In this document: one piece after another, positions 1-9,542 of the stretch
Layout: the number at the start of each line of letters is the position of its first letter
Position numbering within the stretch: position 1 is the stretch's first letter
Assembly (NCBI GenBank): GCA_017480035.1
Contig: JAFVBJ010000003.1
Span: 298,126-362,125 of the forward strand
DNA: 64,000 nt
Source of the DNA: Candidatus Saccharimonadota bacterium
GTDB lineage: Bacteria > Patescibacteriota > Saccharimonadia > Saccharimonadales > Saccharimonadaceae
Direction of reading: 5' to 3'
Notes under the pieces: generated by a model
Told to the model about the DNA's origin: nothing
The model's database searches: none
What the model saw: only the letters and a program-made list of their open reading frames with translations
Program-made: the position numbers and the translations under genes

Positions 1-25
1 CGTCGCAAACAAATTCTCTGACTGT

Positions 26-3000
26 ATGGGTGATCGTAAAGGTGGTGAAGATTATAACCGTACTTACAATGGCGCAGACGAAATTGCCAAGGGTAAATGG
101 TTTAATGATGCATTGTTAGGTAAGACTGCATACGCCGTCGGTCCATGGCTTGAAAGTCAAACTCAGGGTAACTTTAGCGATGGTAAAATCTGGTGTGAAG
201 AAAATATTTTGCCGATGTTCTTGAATACATTCGGTTATTCAATTACTGAGGTTGCTTGCAACAAATTCTCTGACTCTGGAAATGGACACTTATCCGGTGG
301 TATTTTCAAAACCTATAATGACACTAACTGTGAAGCAATGGATAACGTAGCTTATTACAAGGTCCAAAAAGACGATGCAAGAGCTTATATCGGACAACTT
401 TATGATGAAGCCGTTAAGGATAATCCATACGCGAAGAAATGGTCTGAGGACGTTAGTTATTATGATCCGGTAGTTGGTTATATTCTGTATAAGCAGGACT
501 TTGACACTGCTTGTGCTGCTTCATATGAAACCGATTCAACTAACACGACAGTTTTTAGCAAAAAAGTTAAAACTGTGAATGATAAAGGCGAGATTGAAGA
601 ATATTATGTTACACCAAAATCAGGCATGAGAGATGGTTCATCATCTGGAAAATCCTTCGTTTCTGGTGGTCCAGAAACTTGTGATGGACTGATCGATAAG
701 ATGAACTCATACGCCACAAATTACCAGGAGAAAATTCTTGAGGCAATCAAAATAGAGTGTGCGTCTGATGACGTAAAAAAGAAAGTCGAAGAGTATATTA
801 AGAAATACGAAGAAGCTGATAGTCTTACCGCCGACGAGCAAAAGGAACTAGATAAACTCAAGAAGGCACGCGATTCAGGCGATTATACTCAAGCTACTGA
901 TAAGGGCGGTCTCGAATGCGCAGAATTTAAGGATATTACGATTACAACGCCAACGCCAACATCGAGCACGACTTCTGGTGGCGGCGAGACAGATTCCGAA
1001 TCTGAAGAGGAAAAATGCTACCAGAATGCCAAATCTCTTGGTTGGGTAATTTGTCCGGTTATCTACGGTCTTCGTGACATGACTGAGAATATTTATAGCG
1101 CAATCGAGCCGTATCTCCAGACCAACGTCTCTATCGTGAACCAATTTGGAGACACGAACAGCGGGCTCTATAAATCCTGGGCTATATTCAGAAATATAGC
1201 AAACATTGTCTTTGTAATCCTGTTCTTATTTGTTATCTTCTCGCAACTCACTGGCTATGGCATCGACAATTACGGTATCAAACGTATGCTCCCGAAACTC
1301 ATTCTCACTGCAATTATTGTTAACTTGTCATTTATTATTTGTGCAATTGCTGTTGATGCTTCAAATATCGTAGGTTCAAGCATCAAGAGTTTCCTTGAAA
1401 GTATTGGTCCGGATGCCGGACTTGGTGGCAACTCTGTCAGTGCATTTAACATAATTACTCAGAAAGTTGTCGGAACTATTGCGGCCATTGGTACTGGTGC
1501 TGCAATTCTCGCTGTTGGTTTCGCTCTTGAAGGATGGGCAATCATCATTCCAATTCTTCTCTTCCTTCTCACTGTCGTCATCGCAATCTTCTTCGCACTT
1601 GTCGTTCTCAGTATGCGTCAAGCCCTCATCGTCATGTTAATCGTCCTCTCTCCATTAGCATTCGCTTGTAACACTTTGCCGAACACCGAAGGAGTCTTTA
1701 AGAAATGGTGGAGCGCCGCAAAGGGTATTCTTATGGTCTATCCAATCATCGGCGCAATTATCGGCGCAGGATACCTCACTGCAAGCATCCTCATGAGTAC
1801 AGACCAAGGATTCTTCATGGTGCTTACTGCTGGTATTCTCATGGTTGGGCCGTATTTCTTGATTCCATCGTTAACTAAGAAGTCGATTGACGCCGTCGGA
1901 AGCCTTGGGTCGAAGATTAGCGGCGTTGGCAAAGGCTTCAGCGGTAAAGCTAAAGGAGTCGTCAATGATGCACCTCGTGTTAAAGACTTCAAGGCTAATC
2001 AAATTGCTAACAGGCAAGCAAACTCAAGATATAACCGTGCAAACGGTAAGTTCAGCCGCTGGCTTGACAATAAGACTCTTGAGTCTGCAGAGAAAAATAA
2101 AGGTAAAAAAGGAATTCGAGCAGCAATCGCACGCAGAACTATTGCAAGCAACGGGCGTTTGCGTGCCGCACAACGTAATAATGAACTTCGCGTCAGCAAC
2201 TCCCGCGAGAGTGTAATGAACTCGTCTCGCGCAGCTGCTAATGAGCGCCAGAGGATGGAAACTGGTGGTTTTGCTGCTAGAGAAGCGAGTATTGCTGATG
2301 AAGCTCTAAGTAAAGCTGTTGTTGACTACGAAAAACTTATTTCGGGCGACAAATATTCATATATTGATGAAAATGGTGCAGCGCAGAAAGTTAACTTCCA
2401 AAATAACTCTGAGATTGGCGCAGCACTCAAGGCGGAATTGCTCAAAGGAGACGCTGCTGACCAGAGTAAAATTCGTGCCCTCCAAAATACCCTCAATCGC
2501 AAAGGTGATAAAGGGCGCAACGAAATCTTCAGTGCTATGGCCGGTGCTCAAAAAGCTGCAGCTGGTGGTAATGGCAGTATCTCGAAAGATTCCGTTAAGA
2601 CATTCTCTGGCAACATTATGAATAATCAAGGCGACTACAAGGGTTCGCATCGCTCGCTTTACGAATATGCAAAAGATACTGCCTCTGATGGTAATAATGC
2701 AAGCATCGATTCGTACGGTTCGAAAGGCATTGAATCTCTCACCGCAGATAGCTTCCTTAACACTGATTCTACTCAAATGCAGAGGTATCTTGCTTCGTTC
2801 AGAGGCGATCAGGGTGCTCCGGCTATCAGTGCAGACGAAAAGCAAAGGCTCTCGGAGATTGCACATTCTATCGCAAATAACACGAACGTACATAGCAAGA
2901 TTCGCAAGGACGATTACGGCGAAGCGTTGAAAACCTTTGCGCCTGATGTAGATTGGGATGACGTATTTAATGGTAATAGCATAAAAGTAGCGCATAGTCC

Positions 3001-3247
3001 TGCGCCAACTCCATCCACTCCGCCATCCCAGACCCAAGCTGCTCGTGGCGCTGGCGCCAATGCTGCCACCCAAAGCGCAACAGCAACTGCCGAAGCTGCC
3101 CGCAACGCTCAACGCATTAACCGTGCCGCTGACAACGCCGGTCAGAGAATTAACTCTGCCGACCGCACAAGAGTCGACCAAGCTTTGAAAAACGCCGAAA
3201 ACGGCGGCGGCAGTCAAACTGATTCAGGAATCTGGCTTCCAAGCTAA
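26..3247 (+). CDS. Large VirB6/TrbL-like polytopic membrane protein of Saccharibacteria T4SS-type loci (5'-partial; frame is open upstream of 26)
   Basis: Cys-rich extracellular N-terminal part, Thr/Ser/Gly linker, then WAIFRNIANIVFVILFLFVIFSQ...IKRMLPKLILTAIIVNLSF multi-TM core, long Ala/basic cytoplasmic tail. No stop codon in frame from position 2. Confidence 0.6.
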   Translation: MGDRKGGEDYNRTYNGADEIAKGKWFNDALLGKTAYAVGPWLESQTQGNFSDGKIWCEENILPMFLNTFGYSITEVACNKFSDSGNGHLSGGIFKTYNDTNCEAMDNVAYYKVQKDDARAYIGQLYDEAVKDNPYAKKWSEDVSYYDPVVGYILYKQDFDTACAASYETDSTNTTVFSKKVKTVNDKGEIEEYYVTPKSGMRDGSSSGKSFVSGGPETCDGLIDKMNSYATNYQEKILEAIKIECASDDVKKKVEEYIKKYEEADSLTADEQKELDKLKKARDSGDYTQATDKGGLECAEFKDITITTPTPTSSTTSGGGETDSESEEEKCYQNAKSLGWVICPVIYGLRDMTENIYSAIEPYLQTNVSIVNQFGDTNSGLYKSWAIFRNIANIVFVILFLFVIFSQLTGYGIDNYGIKRMLPKLILTAIIVNLSFIICAIAVDASNIVGSSIKSFLESIGPDAGLGGNSVSAFNIITQKVVGTIAAIGTGAAILAVGFALEGWAIIIPILLFLLTVVIAIFFALVVLSMRQALIVMLIVLSPLAFACNTLPNTEGVFKKWWSAAKGILMVYPIIGAIIGAGYLTASILMSTDQGFFMVLTAGILMVGPYFLIPSLTKKSIDAVGSLGSKISGVGKGFSGKAKGVVNDAPRVKDFKANQIANRQANSRYNRANGKFSRWLDNKTLESAEKNKGKKGIRAAIARRTIASNGRLRAAQRNNELRVSNSRESVMNSSRAAANERQRMETGGFAAREASIADEALSKAVVDYEKLISGDKYSYIDENGAAQKVNFQNNSEIGAALKAELLKGDAADQSKIRALQNTLNRKGDKGRNEIFSAMAGAQKAAAGGNGSISKDSVKTFSGNIMNNQGDYKGSHRSLYEYAKDTASDGNNASIDSYGSKGIESLTADSFLNTDSTQMQRYLASFRGDQGAPAISADEKQRLSEIAHSIANNTNVHSKIRKDDYGEALKTFAPDVDWDDVFNGNSIKVAHSPAPTPSTPPSQTQAARGAGANAATQSATATAEAARNAQRINRAADNAGQRINSADRTRVDQALKNAENGGGSQTDSGIWLPS

Positions 3248-3256
3248 GGATAAATA

Positions 3257-4249
3257 ATGGAAGTTATATTACAATTCCTCATCCTCATCGTCGGGTTTGT
3301 AGTTCTGATTAAAGGCGCTGACGTCTTTGTCGACGGCGCTTCCGCCACCGCCGAAAATTTCAAAGTTCCAAAAATGATGATTGGTCTCACTATTGTCGCT
3401 TTTGGTACTTCCGCCCCAGAATTTGCTGTCTCAGTCAAATCAATCCTCTCCGGCAATACCGACATGCTACTCGGTAATGTTATCGGCTCAAACGTCCTCA
3501 ACATTCTCCTTATCATCGGCCTCTCCGCCATGATTAAACCGCTAATCGTCCAGAGTAACACTGTAAAAAAGGAGCTCCCAATCGTCCTTCTCATGACACT
3601 AATTTTTGCAGTACTCTTGCTCGATAATATTTTCGACCCTGGCGCTATCGCGAATTTCTCGCGCCAAGACGGCATTGTCATTGTTCTCGCATTTAGTATC
3701 TTCGTTTATTACCTCATCAGCATGAACCGCGCACGTAAACTCGTCGAGGAGGAAAAAACCGACGAAAAACCGCAAATGCGACTTCTAAAAGCTCTCATTT
3801 TTACGGTTCTCGGCATCGCCGCTATCGTTGTCGGCTCTAACCTCGTCGTCGATTCCGCCTCAAAAATCGCTGGAATTTTCGGTGTATCCGAAAGTATGAT
3901 TGCCTTAACTATCGTTGCTCTTGGCACTTCGCTCCCGGAGCTGGTCACTTCGATTATTGCCACGAAAAAAGGCGAAGTCGATCTCGCTCTCGGCAATGTC
4001 GTCGGTTCAAACATCTTCAACATCGGTATCGTCGCCGGCATCCCGACCGCAATTTTCGGCGGAATTTCTCAAATTTCGTTTAATATCGTCGATCTCGCCG
4101 TGATGATTTTCTCCGCCGTTTTTCTTTATCTTTTTGCTCGCGACGACCGCAAAATCTCGCGCCTCGAAGGCGGAATCTTGCTCGTTATTTTCGTTATCTA
4201 CTATTCATATGTTGTGATGAATGGCCTAGGCGTCATCACAAGCCTTTAA
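3257..4249 (+). CDS. yrbG: Calcium/sodium antiporter (YrbG/CaCA family)
   Basis: Two alpha repeats GLTIVAFGTSAPE...GNVIGSN and ALTIVALGTSLPE...GNVVGSN. Confidence 0.92.
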   Translation: MEVILQFLILIVGFVVLIKGADVFVDGASATAENFKVPKMMIGLTIVAFGTSAPEFAVSVKSILSGNTDMLLGNVIGSNVLNILLIIGLSAMIKPLIVQSNTVKKELPIVLLMTLIFAVLLLDNIFDPGAIANFSRQDGIVIVLAFSIFVYYLISMNRARKLVEEEKTDEKPQMRLLKALIFTVLGIAAIVVGSNLVVDSASKIAGIFGVSESMIALTIVALGTSLPELVTSIIATKKGEVDLALGNVVGSNIFNIGIVAGIPTAIFGGISQISFNIVDLAVMIFSAVFLYLFARDDRKISRLEGGILLVIFVIYYSYVVMNGLGVITSL

Positions 4250-5059
4250 AACATCTTCAAACAGCACCGAAACTGTTAGTGGTCCAACGCCGCCGATTTT
4301 TGGTGTGATTGCTGCTAGGTCTTCGCGCGCGCGAATCTCATCCGAAATATCTCCAACGAGATGCCCGCCTTCACTTGCCGTTCCCGCATCAACAATAATC
4401 GTTCCCGGCTTAATCATTTCGTTTGAAATTAAGTGTGGATTCCCAGTCGCTGTGACGATGACGTCAAAATCTTTTAGTTTCGAAAAATCTGAACCGCGAT
4501 GAAAAACTTCGAGCGAAAATCCTGAATTTGTCCACATCCGAATTAGTGGCGCGCCGACTAATTTTCCACGCCCTACAATCGCGATTTTTTTATCAGCAAG
4601 TTCGATGTCGTGTCCCGCGAGCAACCAATTTATTGCTGTCGCTGTCGCTGAGTTAAACACACGCTCGTTTTCGCGCCCATCATAATTCGCGAGGCCATCA
4701 ACATCTTTTTTTGCTGCGATTTTATCTACGATTTTTTCCGTTGCATCTTTATCAACGAGCGGCAGTTGCACAATCATCCCAGAAACTGTTTCGTCTGCAT
4801 TGAAATTTTCGATTGCATTTTCGAGCGCGATAGCGCCATTTTCTTCTGCCGGATAAAACGCGTCAACTACTTCTACTCCAATGTCGTTTCCATATTGTTT
4901 TTTTAGTTCAACATATTTTGTGATGACTGGATTGTTTGAGTCGCGTAAAATCACGAGTTTTGGAAATTTTTTTTGTGAACGCAAAGCTTTTACGCGGTGC
5001 GCTTGACGTTCTTTGATAAAACCGGAAAGTTCGCGCCCATCCAGAATCTTTTTTGTCAT
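4226..5059 (-). CDS. folD: Methylenetetrahydrofolate dehydrogenase/cyclohydrolase
   Basis: ILDGR start, IVQLPL, KDVDGL, IVGRGKLVGAPL, VDAG, ITPKIGGVGPLTV. Confidence 0.93.
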   Translation of the reverse strand: MTKKILDGRELSGFIKERQAHRVKALRSQKKFPKLVILRDSNNPVITKYVELKKQYGNDIGVEVVDAFYPAEENGAIALENAIENFNADETVSGMIVQLPLVDKDATEKIVDKIAAKKDVDGLANYDGRENERVFNSATATAINWLLAGHDIELADKKIAIVGRGKLVGAPLIRMWTNSGFSLEVFHRGSDFSKLKDFDVIVTATGNPHLISNEMIKPGTIIVDAGTASEGGHLVGDISDEIRAREDLAAITPKIGGVGPLTVSVLFEDVLKACDDA

Positions 5060-6078
5060 TATTTTCTATCTTCCTTTCCGATTACATTTGGTTCTTGTTC
5101 GAGGCGAAAACCAAATTTATCAAAAACAATTTCCGAAATTTCTTCCACTGCACGTTCTAAATCTGCATATTTTTTTGCCGAATCGTTAATCAAAACCAGC
5201 GCAGCTTTGTCTGAAATCTTGAATCCGTGAAAATCGCGACCTTTCAAACCAGATTTTTCAATCAGCCATCCAGTATTTACTTTTGTTCCGTGGTGTGGAA
5301 TTCCGCGTTTGTCTAAATCTTCAATTTCTTCCGGCATGACATAGATATTTTTGAAAAAACTGCCAGAACTTGCGATTTTTTCTGGGTCAGGAAGTTTTGA
5401 GTCGCGAATATTTCGTACTGCTTCGGCTAGTACCGCCGGTTCACGCGACGTAATATTTTTTTCATCCAAATAGCTTTGGAGTGAGCCATAAAGTTCACCA
5501 GAAATTTCGCCACGAGATAAAATAAATTCAACTTTGATGATAAAATATTTTCCGCGTTCTTTGCCGTTAAAAATCGACTTGCGATATGAGAAATGGCAAT
5601 CATCCGCTTCAATCCATTTCAAATCTCCGGTCAAGAAATCTGCCACAAAAATCCGCGAAATCATCTTTGAAACGTCCTGTCCGTAGGCGCCGATGTTTTG
5701 GACCGGCGCTGCGCCGACCGTTCCCGGAATTCCCGCGAGACATTCGACTCCCGTGCAACCCATCTCGGTCGTCTTATCGACAAAATCGTCCCATTTACAC
5801 CCACCTCCGACTGTGAATTTTACTTCTTTTCCTGGAAGTTCTTCAATCGTAATATCGCTATATTTATTTATGATGATTACACCGTTAAAATCTTCGTCTG
5901 TTGCAAAAGTGTTTGCTCCACCGCCGAGAAAATAATATTTTTTCAGTCCGCGAGCTTTAAATTCCGAACGCGCCTTGATAATTTCAAGTTCTTTATTAAG
6001 CTCAAAAACATACTTTGCAACTCCACCGATTCGCATCGTTACAAGTTTTGAAATTGGCACATTTTCCCGAATTTTCAT
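5059..6078 (-). CDS. murB: UDP-N-acetylmuramate dehydrogenase
   Basis: TMRIGGVA, LGGGANT, LAGIPGTVGAAPVQNIGAYG, FSYRKSIF, SGSFFKN, LEQEP. Confidence 0.95.
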   Translation of the reverse strand: MKIRENVPISKLVTMRIGGVAKYVFELNKELEIIKARSEFKARGLKKYYFLGGGANTFATDEDFNGVIIINKYSDITIEELPGKEVKFTVGGGCKWDDFVDKTTEMGCTGVECLAGIPGTVGAAPVQNIGAYGQDVSKMISRIFVADFLTGDLKWIEADDCHFSYRKSIFNGKERGKYFIIKVEFILSRGEISGELYGSLQSYLDEKNITSREPAVLAEAVRNIRDSKLPDPEKIASSGSFFKNIYVMPEEIEDLDKRGIPHHGTKVNTGWLIEKSGLKGRDFHGFKISDKAALVLINDSAKKYADLERAVEEISEIVFDKFGFRLEQEPNVIGKEDRK

Positions 6079-6137
6079 GAAACTATTTTACCATAAAAAC
6101 CTCGACTTTTCCATCTGTCTAGGGTATAATCATAAGT

Positions 6138-6512
6138 ATGTTAGCACAAGGTCTAATTTCTTGGTGGTATGTCGACGGCTACAAACTTTTTGTGAATAAA
6201 CTTTGGACGAAACTTGGCGACACTATTGATCTTTTTTCGATTGGTTCACTTATTAAAACTCTTTTCGCGCCTTATCGTCAAATTGCCGCAAACGAAACCG
6301 GCACTAGCATCGACGACAAACTTCTCGCGTTTGTCGACCGTCTAGTTTCGCGTCTCGTTGGTAGTGTTGCGAGAATCGGCATTATTCTCGCCGGTATCGT
6401 TGTCATTCTTATTCAATTTCTCGGCTCAATCCTTTCTCTCGTTATTTGGCCGCTCATTCCGTTCTCGCCAATCCTATTTATCGTTCTTGCAGTGATGGGA
6501 GTGACGCTATGA
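6138..6512 (+). CDS. Conserved small membrane protein coupled to the Clp-like ATPase
   Basis: TLFAPYRQ motif, C-terminal hydrophobic helices; ATGA overlap with the next gene. Confidence 0.75.
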   Translation: MLAQGLISWWYVDGYKLFVNKLWTKLGDTIDLFSIGSLIKTLFAPYRQIAANETGTSIDDKLLAFVDRLVSRLVGSVARIGIILAGIVVILIQFLGSILSLVIWPLIPFSPILFIVLAVMGVTL

Positions 6513-8905
6513 ACGAATTCAAATATAATTCCACTCGCGCAAAATACGCCCGTCTCGGACATTTGTTAAACTCTCCGGTAATTTTTGCTTTACTTTGGCT
6601 TTTAATCCTCGTCCCGCCGATTTTTGGAATTTTGCTTTTAATTCAGAAAAATTCACTCGGCTGGCTCTTTTTCATCGTAACAGTTTTTGCATTGATGACA
6701 CTCGTCATTATTAAATTGCTTTTCTTGCGCGTTCCGCTCGGAAAAACTGACGACATCACCGACATTCTTTCGAGTAATGTCATCTCAATCATGAATAAGG
6801 ACCCAACTCCAAAAGAATTTGCCCCAAAATTGATGGAAACACGTTCAGGCCGTTTTCTCGCTCTGCGTTTTGGATTAGTTCCGCGCTTGCTCGCAGGTGT
6901 CGCGAGTGATTTGCCGGACGACATGACGCCGGTTTTTGAAAACGCTCGCAAAATTGCTAAAGAAATTAACGCTCCACAAATTTCCGGTGGTATTCTCGCT
7001 GTCGCTATCATCATCACGCATCCAAATCATGAAGAAATTCTCGCACGCATGCGACTTTCCGTTTCGGATTTGAAAGAGGGAATTATTTGGTACAATTATC
7101 TCCATGGTCTCGTCAAAGATTCAAAGAAAAAACGTCGTGACGGCGGAATTGCCCGTGATTTCACTTTTGGATTTACCCCGCTTCTTTCACGCTACGGCTT
7201 AAATCTTTCCGCGAATCGTAGCTTGACGATGAAAACTCAACTTTTCCGTTCCGAGCACAAAGAAGCTATCGCCCAAATGACCGAAATTTTCAGCAACGCT
7301 GGTCGTCAAAATGTTGCGCTTATCGGACCGGACGGTTGTGGTCGCTCGACCGTCGTGAACGCTTTTGCTGAACAATTGCTCGATGCAAATTCGAAAATCC
7401 CAAACAACTTAAAATATCGTCAAATCATCAAACTTGATGCTGCCGCACTGATTGGTGGAACTAGTGGCCAAGGCGATATCGAACGTCTCGTTTCGAGCCT
7501 CCTAAACGAAGCTTACTCCGCAAAAAACATTATTTTATATCTAAATAACGCACATCTTTTCTTTGAAACTAGCGTTGGTTCGGTTGATATTTCTAATATG
7601 CTGACTCCAGTACTCGAAGCTGGAAATTTGCGCATGATTTTGTCGCTCGACGAGCAAAGATTTCTTGAAATTTCTTCGCGCAAACCGAATTTGACCAATG
7701 CGCTCAACAAAATCATGATTAATCCGTCAAACGAATCCGAAACTATGAAAGTAATGGAAGACCAAATTCCGGGCCTTGAATGGAAATATCATGTCACATA
7801 TACTTATTGGGCTTTGAAAGAAGCGTATCGCCTCGGCGACCGTTATATTAAAGACGTTGAAATGCCAGGTCGCGCTATTCGCGTTCTTGAAGATGCTGCA
7901 CGCTACGCAAAAGACGGTTTAGTTTTTGGCGAATCCGTCCAAGAAGCGATTGAAAAAACACAAGGCATCAAACTTCAAGCCGCAACTAGCACCGAAGAAT
8001 CTCGCGACCGACTTTTGAATCTCGAACAACTCATCCATGAGCGCATGATTGACCAAGAACCGGCCGTGCACGCCGTTTCTGACGCATTGCGTCGCGCTGC
8101 TGCTGGCGTTCGCAACGAAAACAAACCAATCGGCACTTATCTCTTCCTTGGTCCAACCGGCGTCGGTAAAACTGAGCTTGCCAAAGCCCTTTCGCAAGTT
8201 TATTTTAATGGCGAATCTGAGATTATTCGTATTGACATGAACGAATATGTCGAGTCAAGCGACGTCAATCGTTTGATTGCTGAAGGTGCGACCGATGCAA
8301 TGTCTCTTACTGCACAAGTCCAAAAACATCCATTTTCTGTCGTTTTGCTTGATGAAATTGAAAAAGCTAGCCCGCAAGTTCTAACGACGCTCCTCCAAAT
8401 GCTCGACGAAGGAATTCTACGCGACACGAAAAACCATGAAGTTTCTTTCCGCGACGCGATTGTAATTTGTACTTCGAACGCAGGTGCTGATAAAATCCGT
8501 GAGCGCATTGACAGCGGGAATTACGAAAGTCTAAAAAATGAAATCACGAATTTCTTGATTGAATCACGCGAATTTAAACCGGAATTTTTGAACCGTTTTG
8601 ATGAAATTTGTTTGTTTAAGCCGCTCAGCAAAGATGACTTAATGAGAATTACCGACCTTCTCATAAAAGGTGTCAACAAAACTCTTGCACCGCAAAAAAT
8701 CGAAGTTGCACTCGAAGATGACGCGAAAATGCTATTGATTGACGCTGGCTACGACCCGATGCTCGGCGCTCGTCCGATGAAACGCGTCGTCAGCAAAACT
8801 GTCGAAAACATCGTCGCAAAAGCTTCGCTGCGCAGCGAAATTAAAAGTGGCGACGTCTTGAAAATTACTGCCGACCAAATCAAACAAGAACTAGGGAACG
8901 AATAA
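6509..8905 (+). CDS. Membrane-anchored ClpA/B-family AAA+ ATPase with degenerate first AAA domain
   Basis: Start reassigned to ATG 6509. Two N-terminal TM helices; D1 GPDGCGRST/LYLNNAH; D2 FLGPTGVGKTELAK, RIDMNEY, LLDEIEKA, FKPEFLNRFDE, GARPMKR. Confidence 0.88.
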   Translation: MNEFKYNSTRAKYARLGHLLNSPVIFALLWLLILVPPIFGILLLIQKNSLGWLFFIVTVFALMTLVIIKLLFLRVPLGKTDDITDILSSNVISIMNKDPTPKEFAPKLMETRSGRFLALRFGLVPRLLAGVASDLPDDMTPVFENARKIAKEINAPQISGGILAVAIIITHPNHEEILARMRLSVSDLKEGIIWYNYLHGLVKDSKKKRRDGGIARDFTFGFTPLLSRYGLNLSANRSLTMKTQLFRSEHKEAIAQMTEIFSNAGRQNVALIGPDGCGRSTVVNAFAEQLLDANSKIPNNLKYRQIIKLDAAALIGGTSGQGDIERLVSSLLNEAYSAKNIILYLNNAHLFFETSVGSVDISNMLTPVLEAGNLRMILSLDEQRFLEISSRKPNLTNALNKIMINPSNESETMKVMEDQIPGLEWKYHVTYTYWALKEAYRLGDRYIKDVEMPGRAIRVLEDAARYAKDGLVFGESVQEAIEKTQGIKLQAATSTEESRDRLLNLEQLIHERMIDQEPAVHAVSDALRRAAAGVRNENKPIGTYLFLGPTGVGKTELAKALSQVYFNGESEIIRIDMNEYVESSDVNRLIAEGATDAMSLTAQVQKHPFSVVLLDEIEKASPQVLTTLLQMLDEGILRDTKNHEVSFRDAIVICTSNAGADKIRERIDSGNYESLKNEITNFLIESREFKPEFLNRFDEICLFKPLSKDDLMRITDLLIKGVNKTLAPQKIEVALEDDAKMLLIDAGYDPMLGARPMKRVVSKTVENIVAKASLRSEIKSGDVLKITADQIKQELGNE

Positions 8906-8907
8906 AA

Positions 8908-9516
8908 ATGAAAAATCTTGAAAAACTTAAAAAACGCAAAATCGTCCTCATCTCCACTGCTGCTTTTTGGATTAATTTTTTCCTTATTGTCCTCGTACAT
9001 AATTTGACCGGCACCGCCGGAATCCACATCAATTTTTCCATCTCAAAATACGTCGGACTCTCGTTTCCATCCGCCATTCTTTTCTGTATCGTGAACGTAA
9101 TAATTTCTTTTGCAATTTGGCATTATCTCAAACTAATTTTGAAAAACGATCTCCAAAAATTTTTTCTTTTTATTATCGTTTTCACTTTGATTAGCCTCTC
9201 AATTTTTCCAATCGGTCTATTTGATAATATTATTCCCGAGCCAATCATCTTCGGCCGCACGCCAATTTCTTTTTTCCATGTTTTGACGTCGCGTACAATG
9301 TTTGTCGCGATGGCAGGTTTTGCACTCGCAACTTTCTTCATGAGCGAATCACTCGGTTATAGTCGTAACGTTCGCGTGATGAATTTGGTTTTTGTTATGT
9401 ATGCCGCCATCTGCATCGTTTCATATCTTTTCTTCCCAGATTTCTTCTGGAGTATCGACATCATTTTTGAATCGCTCTATATTGCATTTTTCTTCAACGT
9501 CGTGCTGTCATTTTGA
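8908..9516 (+). CDS. Hypothetical multi-pass membrane protein
   Basis: About 5 hydrophobic segments; 2 nt after the upstream stop. Confidence 0.7.
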   Translation: MKNLEKLKKRKIVLISTAAFWINFFLIVLVHNLTGTAGIHINFSISKYVGLSFPSAILFCIVNVIISFAIWHYLKLILKNDLQKFFLFIIVFTLISLSIFPIGLFDNIIPEPIIFGRTPISFFHVLTSRTMFVAMAGFALATFFMSESLGYSRNVRVMNLVFVMYAAICIVSYLFFPDFFWSIDIIFESLYIAFFFNVVLSF

Positions 9517-9542
9517 CCGCGCTTATGCTAAAATAAATTTAT

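Noticed and set aside
8-275. Exact 16-bp direct repeat AACAAATTCTCTGACT at 8-23 and 260-275
   Set aside because: In frame (NKFSD twice, 84 codons apart); best explained as an internal protein repeat, and only two copies are visible
2357-3217. Long antisense ORFs in the track (e.g. 2357-3217, 58002-58643, 29754-30368, 33741-34349)
   Set aside because: Shadow frames of well-supported genes with biased codon usage; no motifs or start signals
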